Positions 51,286-61,535 of a stretch of 64,000 nucleotides of DNA are shown in pieces. Every line of letters begins with the position of its first letter. Positions within the stretch are counted from its first letter, which is position 1. Location of the stretch: contig CAWCYI010000004.1 of the NCBI GenBank assembly GCA_963799845.1, positions 1,824,001-1,888,000 on the forward strand. The letters are read 5' to 3'. Below the pieces are notes generated by a model. The model had not been told where the DNA came from, ran no database searches, and worked only from the letters and a program-made list of their open reading frames with translations. Origin of the DNA: an uncultured Nitrososphaerota archaeon. GTDB taxonomy: Archaea > Thermoproteota > Nitrososphaeria > Nitrososphaerales > CADDZS01. A program made the translations under genes and the position numbers.

Positions 51286-51846
51286 ATGAGTAAACCATCT
51301 ATTGGTGGAAGAGGTAAGTTAGTCTGGGCAGGTCGCCCATCGGTCTCGGTGTTCTACGCGCTGTATGCAGTGGTTTGCTTGATAATAATCGGGTTGCTTG
51401 TTGGATTCGAACTTTGGTTTTCGAATTCTACAAATCTCGGAAGCAAAATCTTCCCAATAAATTTCGTTTTCGGAGGAACTACAATTCCGTACCCTGTTGA
51501 GATCGCAACGGCAATCTTGGTATTATTGGTGTACATTGGTGAGGCAGTGCATCTAGCTATCCTCCGGGCTCGACATAAATACGAGCTTTATGAGGATGGG
51601 TTGTATGTTGATTCTGGCATCGTTAATCTCCAGAATACATTTGTCGCGCCGATGGCTTTTTCGGATGCCAGGTTAGTAATGCCTTTGTCTCTTCGCGTTG
51701 TCAGTCGGGCAAACATAATCGTTGATGCAAACGATGACAGGCATTTCAAACTGCTCTTGATAGAAAATGCGATTGAAGTACAGAATCTGATCAGGAGGAC
51801 GCTGGGCCATCCTGTCGTGAGGGTTGAATCTCCGGCTCCGCCATAA
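51286..51846 (+). CDS. Membrane protein with bacterial PH-like domain
   Basis: WAGRPS, two TM helices, YELYEDGLYVDSGIV. Confidence 0.6.
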   Translation: MSKPSIGGRGKLVWAGRPSVSVFYALYAVVCLIIIGLLVGFELWFSNSTNLGSKIFPINFVFGGTTIPYPVEIATAILVLLVYIGEAVHLAILRARHKYELYEDGLYVDSGIVNLQNTFVAPMAFSDARLVMPLSLRVVSRANIIVDANDDRHFKLLLIENAIEVQNLIRRTLGHPVVRVESPAPP

Positions 51847-51997
51847 CGAAAGAATTACTCTCAACCTGGATATTTTCTACGCCGGGATCTCTCCTTCGCT
51901 GCGGAAATGCGCCTTCTAGGCACTTCTTGAATGCGCAGGCCGAGAAATCACACGACAAGAATAGTAATTGCAGCGATGATGTACCAAAATGAAAAGA

Positions 51998-52309
51998 TTA
52001 TGACTTGTGTGAATTGATGAATGCTTCAATGACTAATGATCGAAACTCTCCATCGAGTAAAAAGTCTTGGATCACCGTCGAAAGTATTCTCATGGATATT
52101 CTGATCATTTTACCAGGCTCCGTCGTTACTAGATATAGTGCGAAATCCTTGTCCGACCCACCGCGGGCTTTGAGAAACAAATAACCAGCGAGGATCTCTG
52201 AGAGCGTGGCTCGATCTAGATTTGTCAGCAAAGAGTCTGCAAGTCTCAGGAAAGAAGGCGAAGTAGACAGTCTTCTCGCTGTTTCCAATTCTGTAAGCTT
52301 GAGCTTCAA
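51998..52309 (-). CDS. Hypothetical protein
   Basis: 103-aa helical ORF. Confidence 0.45.
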   Translation of the reverse strand: MKLKLTELETARRLSTSPSFLRLADSLLTNLDRATLSEILAGYLFLKARGGSDKDFALYLVTTEPGKMIRISMRILSTVIQDFLLDGEFRSLVIEAFINSHKS

Positions 52310-52557
52310 GTCTATCAGATGTTAAAATTAGCTGGGTAATTGTTCTTGGTTAGGCTGTTCGCATTTGATCCAAGCGGCTCCTTGGCATAGTCTCTCCTTT
52401 CTGAGATCATGGTTGATTCTTGGAACACTGCAATAATCCCATTCTGCCTAGTATCCTAGCGGCTGATATTATTGCCCTAGATTCATTATGGAAAAAAGTT
52501 CTAGTCTAAATATTCTGTGGAAAAGCTCGGGAAAAGTGGTTCAATGACAATAGAAAA

Positions 52558-52851
52558 ATGTTCTATAACTATGTTGCATTATGGATAAGACCTCCGTGTC
52601 ACTTGGGAGACGACCGACGGTCTTTGAACTACCTTGTAACGTTTGATCAAGAAGCTGGAATGTTTTTGGCACGATCTCCTGCCAACCCCCAAATTACGGG
52701 AGAAGGTCCGTCTCTGTATGCTGCAATAGACAACCTGGAAGTAGAATTGAGTCAAAATACGCGCCGCTCAGAGAAATTAAACATGGACCTGGTAATTCGA
52801 GAAAAGGAAAGCGAAGTCGAAGTAACTGCAAAAATCTCAATTCTAGCCTAG
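52558..52851 (+). CDS. HicB-like N-terminal domain protein
   Basis: YLVTFDQEAGMFLARSP..PQITGEGPSLYAAIDNL. Confidence 0.5.
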   Translation: MFYNYVALWIRPPCHLGDDRRSLNYLVTFDQEAGMFLARSPANPQITGEGPSLYAAIDNLEVELSQNTRRSEKLNMDLVIREKESEVEVTAKISILA

Positions 52852-52907
52852 ACGCGCCCAAATTCAGAGAACCCTGCATGTGTAACTAGACTATTGATGA
52901 ATCTTCT

Positions 52908-53219
52908 ATGACATATTTCGTGCCTGTTTATTACCTACCACGCCGGATGATGTGCGCTTTGCAAGTCATGCGGGAACTCGACGTTCAATCGATATGTGAG
53001 ACGCTCCTAGACCTGGAACCTGAGGTACTGTATTCGAGCTATCTCAACGCGTCGGGTTCTAGAGTAGGCGAAGCGACGAAAAGTTCGATAACTAATTTCG
53101 AAAGGCTTACCGTAATGGTTTTGCCCATAAATCCGAGTAAGGAATCACTCGTTCTCGCGATTCCGATTAACAGTGATTTGAACGGAATACTCGCGAGAGT
53201 GAAGCAAGTCCTCCCGTAG
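52908..53219 (+). CDS. Small hypothetical protein, possibly a roadblock/profilin-like fold
   Basis: ICETLLDLEPEVLYSSYLNASG...LTVMVLPI...LVLAI. Confidence 0.4.
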   Translation: MTYFVPVYYLPRRMMCALQVMRELDVQSICETLLDLEPEVLYSSYLNASGSRVGEATKSSITNFERLTVMVLPINPSKESLVLAIPINSDLNGILARVKQVLP

Positions 53220-53360
53220 TCGTTCGAAGCTGGTCCCACTAGTTCTCTTAGGTTTGCACATGAATCGTGACTTGGGTCGCGTCTCCGTCGAAGACGGATC
53301 TCTGACCAAATACCCTGTATTTGTTACTAATTACGAAAGGGTTGGAACCGTCTGCCCTGA

Positions 53361-53881
53361 CTAATTGTGCTGAGCGACTGTCAATGGGCTTCTTCCGGTA
53401 ACAACTTGCATAGTATCTGGACCGAGGTTTGCAAGCAGATCGATGATGGAAAGGTTTGGAACAAAGGTCTTGGATAGATGTTGCGAATATAGAGTCGGCG
53501 TGTAAGTTTGATACTGGACCGTTAGCCCGTTTCTTTCAAACAAGGATTCATCCATGTAATTTCTGGAACCGCTTCCCGCTACGTAGGTATTTGCACCCAC
53601 TGCTCTGCACACATCCACCAGTCTTTGCGTGGACTTTGATTCAATGCCCAGTTCCGATTCCCTGATCATCTCAATTCTTAATCCCAACCAGGATATCACT
53701 TGCTTTAGGGTTTCAAAATTTAGGTCAAACAGCATATCCCAATGTTTTCTGTACAACTGTTCAAAGTAAATCTCTTGTCGTATTGGACGTCGTCCATTAT
53801 CACGTAGAGATCGGAAAGACTCAGCCTGTGAAAGAAGCCACCATAAGGGAAATACTGGGGCTGATGTATCGCGACCTTCAA
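53361..53881 (-). pseudogene. WbqC-like protein with internal deletion/frameshift near 53765
   Basis: KVAIHQPQYFPYGGFF...DDVQY N-terminal motif out of frame with RLVDVCRAVGANTYVAG...NLSIIDLL. Confidence 0.8.
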
Positions 53882-53969
53882 TAGCCTCTACGTATTCTTG
53901 ACAGTCTTAATGCGTAAATTAATGAGATGTGATATTCTTTCAGAAGAATATTGGATTCAAGAAAGTGTG

Positions 53970-54338
53970 CTAACTTGCAGGCAATTTTTCTCGGATCTGA
54001 TTCGACAATTCCTGTAATGAGACGGGTTTCCTGATAAAGCTCTTAACGTCAAGATTCGGGAACATTTTCTTGAACTCTTCGTAGTAAACCTCAAAGGCTG
54101 TCAGAAACCAGACTGTGGCGTTGCTGTCGACCTTTCTAATCTCTCTGACTAGTTCGAAACCGTTCAGTTTGGGCATCCTAATATCTATCAATAGAAGGTC
54201 GTAAGAACCCGGTTTGTACATAGACAGGGCTTCTTGTGGGTCAGTATATGCGTCGACGCTAAACCCTTTCCTCTCTAGTCCAATTTTCAGGGAATTAGCG
54301 ATGTCAGGCTCGTCATCTACGAGAAAGATTTTGATCAT
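53970..54338 (-). CDS. Stand-alone response regulator receiver
   Basis: LVDDE, IDIRMPKLNG, LTA, RKP. Confidence 0.92.
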   Translation of the reverse strand: MIKIFLVDDEPDIANSLKIGLERKGFSVDAYTDPQEALSMYKPGSYDLLLIDIRMPKLNGFELVREIRKVDSNATVWFLTAFEVYYEEFKKMFPNLDVKSFIRKPVSLQELSNQIREKLPAS

Positions 54339-54537
54339 TTGGAAAGGGTTCTGACAGCGAGCCTTTAACCAGACTTAAATGCCTTATCATTTCAGCATCA
54401 AGAAAAATATGGACTCGACCAATGCCGTGGTCATTGTCCTACATAGATGCTTGAAGAGGAAGCTGAATTTTCAAATCTTAAGATAGGATTATAGCTCCAA
54501 CAATTATATACAGCAGAGAGCATACTATAAAATAAAA

Positions 54538-55950
54538 ATGCCCCGGGATCGAGGCCAAATTCTCCAGGTAGCGGATCATCGGAGAATTCCTAACGAATTA
54601 GAGCAATTCCTGCATCACGACGCTTTCTCCCTTGTAGTCAAGGGTGGGGCCGGCACCGGCAAAACTGCTCTGGCATTGACAATTTTTAGCATGTCTGTGG
54701 AAAAGCAAAACTGTCTCTACATTTCTAGCAGGCTCGCTCTCCCAGAGCTGTTTGAGTTCTATCCTTGGGTTCGAAATTACGTGCCCAACACAAAAGCTGG
54801 GAATCAAAGTTCCGAATTTTCGGGTGAGAGTACTGAAGTCGGTCCTTTCGTCGATGCTCGTTTAGATGAGCCCCAATCCCTTTTTGAGAGAATAACAAAT
54901 CAGTTGATGGATGCAAGTTCTCCTCTAATTGTGATAGACACTTGGGACGCCGTCGGGGATTTCATGGACAAAGAAGCCCTAATGACAAATGCAAAGATAC
55001 TCCAAATTTGGAGACAGAGGGCTCGCGCGAAACTCATATTCGTTCTCGAAAATGTGGAGGACATAATTTTCGACAATCTGGTAGACGGAGTTGTGGAACT
55101 TGAAGAAGATTACGTTAATTCGCGGAGAATCCGAAGAATACGTCTGACCAAGCTTCGGGGGATCAAAATCGAAAAGCCCCAGAACTTTTTCACTCTAAAC
55201 GAGGGTGTCTTTCACAGTTTCGATCAATACGACCAGTCGAAGTGGATCGAGCTATCTGATGCCGTCGATTCTGGGTCTTATGGTTTTCAGTCTGTTGATA
55301 TATTTCCTGACGGATCTCTTCGTTCCTCAATCTCAGTTGAGGGCATTCTGGCTGGAAAAATTCCAAAACATACGGTTGTTAGTATTGAACTGGATCCTAC
55401 AGCAAGTTCAAAGTCAATTCTTCCACTTATTGCTAGAATCGTTTCAGGATATTCCAGGAAAAATGAAGTTGTTTTGTTGCCTCCCTTGGGCGTCGCGGAC
55501 AAGGATATCGAGAGCCTATTGAAATTATTTGTCACAAACTCCAAGCAGAGGAGGAGAATCCGGATACTGAATCAGAATAATGGAAAGGCTTGGACAAATG
55601 AAAATTTTGCACAGTTAACGGATGTATTGAAGAAAATTGTCGCCAAGAACAAAGGAAAAGAGAACCGCTCCGAACTTCTTGGTGTATTTTCCATCGGCCC
55701 ATTATTCAACAAGGATATGACTGATCTTGAGAATCTTGTCGAAACCATAATTTCAGATTTTGATTCTTCGGTTGTAGTAACCCGATCGAGTGACAGCTTC
55801 CAGAAGCTATCCGAAATTGCCGATGTCCGTTTCAGGATAATCGAACTGGAAGGAAATCTATTCGTGCAGCCTGATAACCCATGGGCGAGCCTATACGGGA
55901 TCGAGAACGAGAAAAATGGCGAAATAATTTCAGTTAGACCAATGGTATGA
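54538..55950 (+). CDS. KaiC/RecA-superfamily ATPase, GvpD-like
   Basis: Walker A GGAGTGKT, Walker B IVIDTW, LVDGVVEL, KLRG...FTL; degenerate second domain. Confidence 0.8.
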   Translation: MPRDRGQILQVADHRRIPNELEQFLHHDAFSLVVKGGAGTGKTALALTIFSMSVEKQNCLYISSRLALPELFEFYPWVRNYVPNTKAGNQSSEFSGESTEVGPFVDARLDEPQSLFERITNQLMDASSPLIVIDTWDAVGDFMDKEALMTNAKILQIWRQRARAKLIFVLENVEDIIFDNLVDGVVELEEDYVNSRRIRRIRLTKLRGIKIEKPQNFFTLNEGVFHSFDQYDQSKWIELSDAVDSGSYGFQSVDIFPDGSLRSSISVEGILAGKIPKHTVVSIELDPTASSKSILPLIARIVSGYSRKNEVVLLPPLGVADKDIESLLKLFVTNSKQRRRIRILNQNNGKAWTNENFAQLTDVLKKIVAKNKGKENRSELLGVFSIGPLFNKDMTDLENLVETIISDFDSSVVVTRSSDSFQKLSEIADVRFRIIELEGNLFVQPDNPWASLYGIENEKNGEIISVRPMV

Positions 55951-55969
55951 CGTATAGGGTTTTCGAAAC

Positions 55970-56350
55970 TTAGTTGATAAATGATTCAGCCACATCTTCC
56001 AGCTTACTTCGTGATATTGCAGCTTCCAAAACTTGTTGCAGCTGCTGGTATTTACGCATGAACATCATCCCAGATTCTGTTGTGTAATAACACATGGTAA
56101 CGTGACTTTCATCCTTCCTTCCTTCAAGAAATTTGCAATTAAGTAGAAATGAAAGGTACTGTTGCATCTGTTTTGAGTTCAGATTGCAACTGTACATTAT
56201 TCTTGTCTTGACTGAGCCGGAAACACACTGAGAGAGGATCAACCAGATAATCTCAATCCACCCGCGCTTTCGTTTGCTAGATTGCAAATGTTCCTCTACA
56301 AGCGAATTCAAATATCCTCGCTCTCTCGAAGGTGGAACTTGCATGTTCAT
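55970..56350 (-). CDS. HTH_45-type winged-helix regulator (divergent paralog)
   Basis: KRGWIEII..IL...KTRIMYSCNLNSKQMQQYL...YYTTESG. Confidence 0.85.
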   Translation of the reverse strand: MNMQVPPSRERGYLNSLVEEHLQSSKRKRGWIEIIWLILSQCVSGSVKTRIMYSCNLNSKQMQQYLSFLLNCKFLEGRKDESHVTMCYYTTESGMMFMRKYQQLQQVLEAAISRSKLEDVAESFIN

Positions 56351-57050
56351 GTTCCAGTTAGTATCTCCTCAAGGTTGATTCTTTGTTCTGGGGATATTCT
56401 GGGAATTCTCTCAATGGGCACCTGAGCGAGTGCCAAATCCTTCGTTAGACAAAGCTTCAAAACTTGAAAGCCTCCACGTGGTTTGTCGCAGTATTTAGGC
56501 GACTCTGAAGCGCCCGATACTCTGCAAGTCCCTTTATGGCGTTTGCCTTTAGGTACAGTTTACTATGCTGCGACCAGAAGATATCAATTAATCGGACTTT
56601 CTTGTTGATGACGTCAGAAATGTCAAAGTAAACTTGGGGAGAGAAATTCTTGGTAAGCGGGATCTCGTAAGCGAGAATGTTCGAATAGTAACGTCCCGCT
56701 TCCACTGTCGCGAGCGCGATTGCCCGATGATCATGGTGGGAGTCCCCGTCAGAGTGAGTCAGAATAAGGTCCGGTCTTGCCTTGTTTATTATGTGCTCAA
56801 TGTGGTTGATCAAATTATCATTAACGGAAAGCTTCATGTCTTCAAAATTGTCGATCCACAAGTTGGTTGCGCCAATAAACCTTGCCGATTCTTGCAGTTC
56901 CCTAGTTCTCTGAACCGGGTCTCCAGAGGCTGAACCTCTGGTCACTGCGTACATATTCACGAAATGACCTTGGCTGGCGCATTTTATCAAAAGCCCACCA
57001 CAACCCAATTCAATGTCATCAGGGTGGGCATCTATCGCTAATATGTTCAC
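56347..57050 (-). CDS. PIG-L family deacetylase; probable 3' frameshift near 56465
   Basis: AHPDDIELGCGG, HHDHR; the shifted frame VLKLCLTKDL...LTGT ends at a TGA overlapping the next ATG (ATGA). Confidence 0.85.
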
Positions 57051-57254
57051 GAGCTTAGAAGACCATCGAATTATCTTATGAATACGGGAATAATGTTCGA
57101 AACATTGTTCTCAAACATTGTAACCTTTGAATCATATTTTTAATGTCTCGAACTTGTTTTCAAGATTTGAACGACCGTTCTACGAATTTGAACGGGCATT
57201 CTATTCCATGCCGTAATATATCGAATTCCCGATTCAAGATGTAATTGATGGAAA

Positions 57255-57608
57255 ATGAAAGTCATGCTTGTAGACGACGAACAAGATATTCGCGAGCTCT
57301 ATGCCCGGATTCTGAATCGTGAGGGATACACTACAGTGAACTCATATTCAAATGGCGCCGATGCCGTGGCTGCCCTTCAGGAAGAAACAAATCATGCTGA
57401 TGTGATGGTCATAGATTATAAGATGCCAAAAATGGACGGTATTGAGGCTACCAGAAGAATTAGAAGTATGAACCTGAACATAAAGGTGATCATGGCGTCA
57501 GGCAGTGATGAGCTAACGGAATCCGATAGTTCTTTGTTTGACGTTATTTTGACAAAACCTATTTCGTTTCACGATCTGGTGAACGCTATCCAGAGATTCT
57601 GTCTCTAG
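57255..57608 (+). CDS. Stand-alone response regulator receiver
   Basis: LVDDE, IDYKMPKMDG, SG, KP. Confidence 0.92.
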   Translation: MKVMLVDDEQDIRELYARILNREGYTTVNSYSNGADAVAALQEETNHADVMVIDYKMPKMDGIEATRRIRSMNLNIKVIMASGSDELTESDSSLFDVILTKPISFHDLVNAIQRFCL

Positions 57609-57901
57609 TGATCTTTTTTGATTAGGATAAGAGGCATCGCAGTCTATTGACAATATTTTAGAATCTTTTTCTTTCTTTCTTTCAAGTCTTGCAAAACTGA
57701 TCATAGAAAGGTAAGACGTCGATACGCCGGAGTTAACAATCGAATCCAAAATTGAGTTGAAACACAAAACTTTGACTCGAAAATTCAAGCTTATCTGTCC
57801 AATATTGCCAATCCTGCACACAATTTCTAAACAAAGTCTTAAGAGTGAAAACTCATCCAAAAGACAAATCGAATCCTGAAAAATAAGATGCGTCTTTACC
57901 A

Positions 57902-58282
57902 GTGACTAACAGAAGAAAAATTCTGATCATTGATGACGATGCGGACGTCACACGCCTTTTCAAATTCGGCCTAGAGAGTGGAGGATTCGATGTTGATTAT
58001 TTTAATGATTCAAGGATAGCTCTCGATAGAATCAAACCCGATCTAAAATATGACCTCGCGATCTTGGACATTCGCATGCCCGATGTAGATGGTTTCGAAT
58101 TTTATAGGAAATTCAGTCTTATAGATAATCGGACGGCTGTGTGTTTCTTCACGGCTTTCGAAGACGAAGAGAAAGTGCACAATCTTATGCGAGATGATCC
58201 CAGGATTAAAGGGATCCTCAAGAAACCTATGAGTCTTTCAGAGTTCACAGCTCGAATTCAGCAACTAATCAATGGTAAATAA
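57902..58282 (+). CDS. Stand-alone response regulator receiver
   Basis: IIDDD, LDIRMPDVDG, TA, KP. Confidence 0.92.
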   Translation: MTNRRKILIIDDDADVTRLFKFGLESGGFDVDYFNDSRIALDRIKPDLKYDLAILDIRMPDVDGFEFYRKFSLIDNRTAVCFFTAFEDEEKVHNLMRDDPRIKGILKKPMSLSEFTARIQQLINGK

Positions 58283-58322
58283 TTATTACGCGCCCTAACG
58301 AGAACTAGCGGAGGACCAAGCT

Positions 58323-60258
58323 TTGAAAATACCAGACATTTCTTTTTCAAAGAGATCCTCACTCATAATTGTTGGAATAATCGTCATCGCTGCAGTCTTA
58401 TCTCTAGCTTCTCTCCTATCATACAGCTACACGTCTACGAATATAACAAATTCAGCAATCGGTGAAATCCATCTCAATGCTCAAATTCAAGCGAATGATA
58501 TGAGCAACTTGGTCGTAGCAAAGTTGGAATCTGTCTCTACCAATCTAGAAGTAATTTCCGGATCAAAAGCTGTCGAGAATCAAAATGTAACAGTAGTCCA
58601 GAGCCTCCTCGACGCAGCTCAGAATTCTACGAGTAATTTCACATTTTCTTACGCATGGATTAACAAATCAGGTATTTCGTTAGCCAGCTCTAATATTACG
58701 AATTTTGAAATTGCCAAGCAGGAAGGAGATCTAAACGAGAGCCAGAGGTCATTCTTTATAGAAGCGGAAGAGACGGGGACGACTTACTATAGCACTGCAA
58801 CAATCTCGGTTGTGAGTGGAAAGCAGTACATAGTGATAGACTCAACCGCTATTCATCGATCAATTAAATGGGTCACGCGCCACAAATCTGTTCAACGGAA
58901 TCTTGACAGCGTCAATTAGTCTCATTTCTCTAGGCAGGTACGTTCAAACCCAGTTATCCTCTCATTCCCAAAATTCCGTCGGACTTCTTGACCCGACTGG
59001 GGTTATTTTGTATTCAACTAACGAGTCGGCGATAGGAAGCAATGTTTTCGCAAACCAGTTTCAGGATTCGCTACCTTCAGCCCTAAAAGGACCATTCTAT
59101 TCCATGATCAACGAATCTCTTCTAGGACAGCCTGGAATTTCGGATTTTTCATTCAACGGTTCCAGCGGGACTTTTGCTTATCAGCCAGTATTTGTTCCCA
59201 GAGGATCCAATGAGTCAAACCCTCAAGAATTTGCAATACTTTTTATTTCTGCGCCTCACGTCTTGGCAGCGATCCAGACATCTCAAATTACTTTTCTTGG
59301 CGAAGTAACAGGAATCACAGTTGGAGGAATTGTTGCCGTCTCACTCGTTGCATCCATCACGGTATTGCGATGGAACAAGAGACTTGATGAACGCGTGAAA
59401 GAGAAAACTGCTGAATTAGTTTCTTCAAACGAAAGACTTGCTTTGGCTAACGCTCAGCTTGAAGATCAGAATAGAGCACAAAAAGATCTTATCAACATAG
59501 CCGCACACGAGCTTAGAACGCCCACTCAAAGCATCTTGGTAAGTACGGAAATAATGCAAGATACTTTGCGCTCGGCTGAAAAAGTTTCGTTTCCTTCTAT
59601 TCCATCAGCGGATAGCTCGCCCCTTTTGCAAAGAGCGATCTCATCCAACATAATCACTCCGGATTCAGCCCGGTCGACCGAGACTTCTTATCTAGATCTG
59701 AAAGAATTAGTTGAAACTACAAACAGAAACGCAAAAAGGCTTTCAAAACTGACTCAGAACATTCTAGAGGTTGCAAAGATTGATAATAAAGCCCTAAAAT
59801 TGGAACTTGAAACTTTCAACCTGAACGATACGATACGGGAAGCAATTGAGGATTGCCGCATGTCATCTTCGATTAATGGTTTTGGAAACTACTTCAAAAT
59901 CGTTTTCGAACCCAGTTCCTCTACGCTTCCAGTAACTTCTGACAAAACAAAAGTCTACGAGGTAGTCCAAAATCTATTGAGGAATGCAGTGGAACATTCA
60001 GGAAGCAGTGGTAAGAAGATAATTATTACAGCGGAAAAGTCGAGTGGTTCTATCCTGGTAAGCGTCAAAGACGAGGGAACTGGGATTGATCCTGAAATAC
60101 AACCCAGGCTGTTCAACAAATTTGTAACCAAAATGGGGACCGGACCTGGTTTATACATTTCAAAGGGATATGTTGAAGCGCTTGGTGGAAAAATCTGGGC
60201 CGAAAATAATTCCGACGGGCCTGGTGCGACTTTCTCTTTTTCTTTGCCGCAGGAGTAA
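58323..60258 (+). CDS. Membrane sensor histidine kinase with Cache-like extracellular domain, frameshift near 58840
   Basis: TM-Cache-TM layout, AAHELRTP, NLLRNAV, DEGTGID, GTGPGL; the two ORFs join via QPLFIDQLNG...GILTASIS. Confidence 0.88.
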
Positions 60259-60317
60259 CAGAAGAAGATTATCGATTTGATGATACCAAACTTTACGTTT
60301 CAGAAAGTCTGCTGACT

Positions 60318-60716
60318 TCATAGCGAACTTACAATTTGATCCGTCTTTACGTTTGCCAGGGATTCAGCGAGCTGTTCAGATGAAAAAGGTTTCAAGATAT
60401 AGGGCAATCCCGCTTCAATCGCCTTTTGCCTAACGAAATCGTACCCAGTTGCGATGATTATCTTGGTCTTATTTCGGTATCTTTGGATGATCCTGGCCGC
60501 TTCTATTCCATTCATCTCGGGCATTCGATAATCCATTATGATAATATCAAATGACTGACGATCTTTCGCCATCGCCCTGACTATCGAAGTTCCATCTTTG
60601 AAAATAGACGGAGGTGAATATCCTAACTTCTGAATAACTCTTGAATAAAGATCGGTCAGGTTCACATCGTCGTCGACTACGGCAATTTTCAAATTCTTAT
60701 TTTCTTCCACTTGCAA
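60318..60716 (-). CDS. Stand-alone response regulator receiver
   Basis: VVDDD, MDYRMPEMNG, KPF; paralog of 11822 and 24564. Confidence 0.92.
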   Translation of the reverse strand: MQVEENKNLKIAVVDDDVNLTDLYSRVIQKLGYSPPSIFKDGTSIVRAMAKDRQSFDIIIMDYRMPEMNGIEAARIIQRYRNKTKIIIATGYDFVRQKAIEAGLPYILKPFSSEQLAESLANVKTDQIVSSL

Positions 60717-60918
60717 AAATCCACTCTATCTTATGAGAATACTCGGTTGATGAATACGCACCAGTGCCGAGTCTCGTATAAAAAGGGGCCGTCAATTTTG
60801 CTGGAAGTTTCCTATAGAAGAATCTTCCAAATTATTACCCTCAATAGATGATCAGTAAGTGCATGTTTTTCCGAGAGCAGTTCACGGAAATTCTTGTCAG
60901 GAAAAGGAGACTCCATTG

Positions 60919-61375
60919 CTAAAAGGGGTAAAATTTGGGGAACGTAACTCCAAATGCCAGACCGAGGACGACATCAAGTACAACCAGTACTATCCATGCT
61001 ATTACTATAATCGCCAAAGCTCCGAACCAATTCGTTTCGAAAGAAGCCCGATATACCGCGAGCCAACGTCTGATCCGAGGATGTTGAAATTGCAGTCGAA
61101 CTATTGGCGGAGGATTGGTTCTGATTCGTGAGGGAAGTAGTACTAACATCGCTCGACGCCGAGCTAATCGTCGAATTTGTATCATTTTTCGCGCTGAGGG
61201 GATCAGTCGAATTCGGTAGTTGAGGTGCCGGAATTTGGTTTTGGTCTGCCAGTCCCCGAATAAAGAAGACGCCAACGATCGCCGCAATTACTATTAATGA
61301 AATTAAGAGGAGTGTGAACAAGACAAGAAGACCGTTCTCCCTGTCACCCTTCCTCTCGTAAGGTCGATAAGACAC
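60919..61375 (-). pseudogene. Chimeric locus: TM + Ser/Thr-rich gene 5' part joined to the 3' half of a 21842-type membrane gene
   Basis: The S/T-rich ORF runs out of frame at about 61070 into WLAVYRASF...PKFYPF. Confidence 0.55.
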
Positions 61376-61484
61376 CGTAATCCGAATAAAATACCAATTA
61401 GTTGCTTTATTGTCGGTGGAGCTTTGTTATCTAGGATAATTTTGGATACGAACCCTTGCTCATTTATAAATAAATACCAAAGAT

Positions 61485-61513
61485 TAGAACAATCTTACAT
61501 TAAATTTTTATTA
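61485..61513 (+). promoter_or_regulatory. Recurrent upstream element plus TATA box
   Basis: TAGAACAATCTT-acattaaat-TTTTATTA. Confidence 0.6.
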
Positions 61514-61535
61514 TCGCGGCTCATCCGTGATTCTT

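Noticed and set aside
54538-55950. Gas vesicle or circadian clock locus
   Set aside because: No gvpA/C/N or kaiA/B genes are visible; only the ATPase family resemblance is supported.
60815-60826. Strong TAGAAGAATCTT match as a promoter element
   Set aside because: No convincing TATA box at +9 and no credible plus-strand gene follows, so it was left out of the site list; it also shows the motif can occur outside the geometry.
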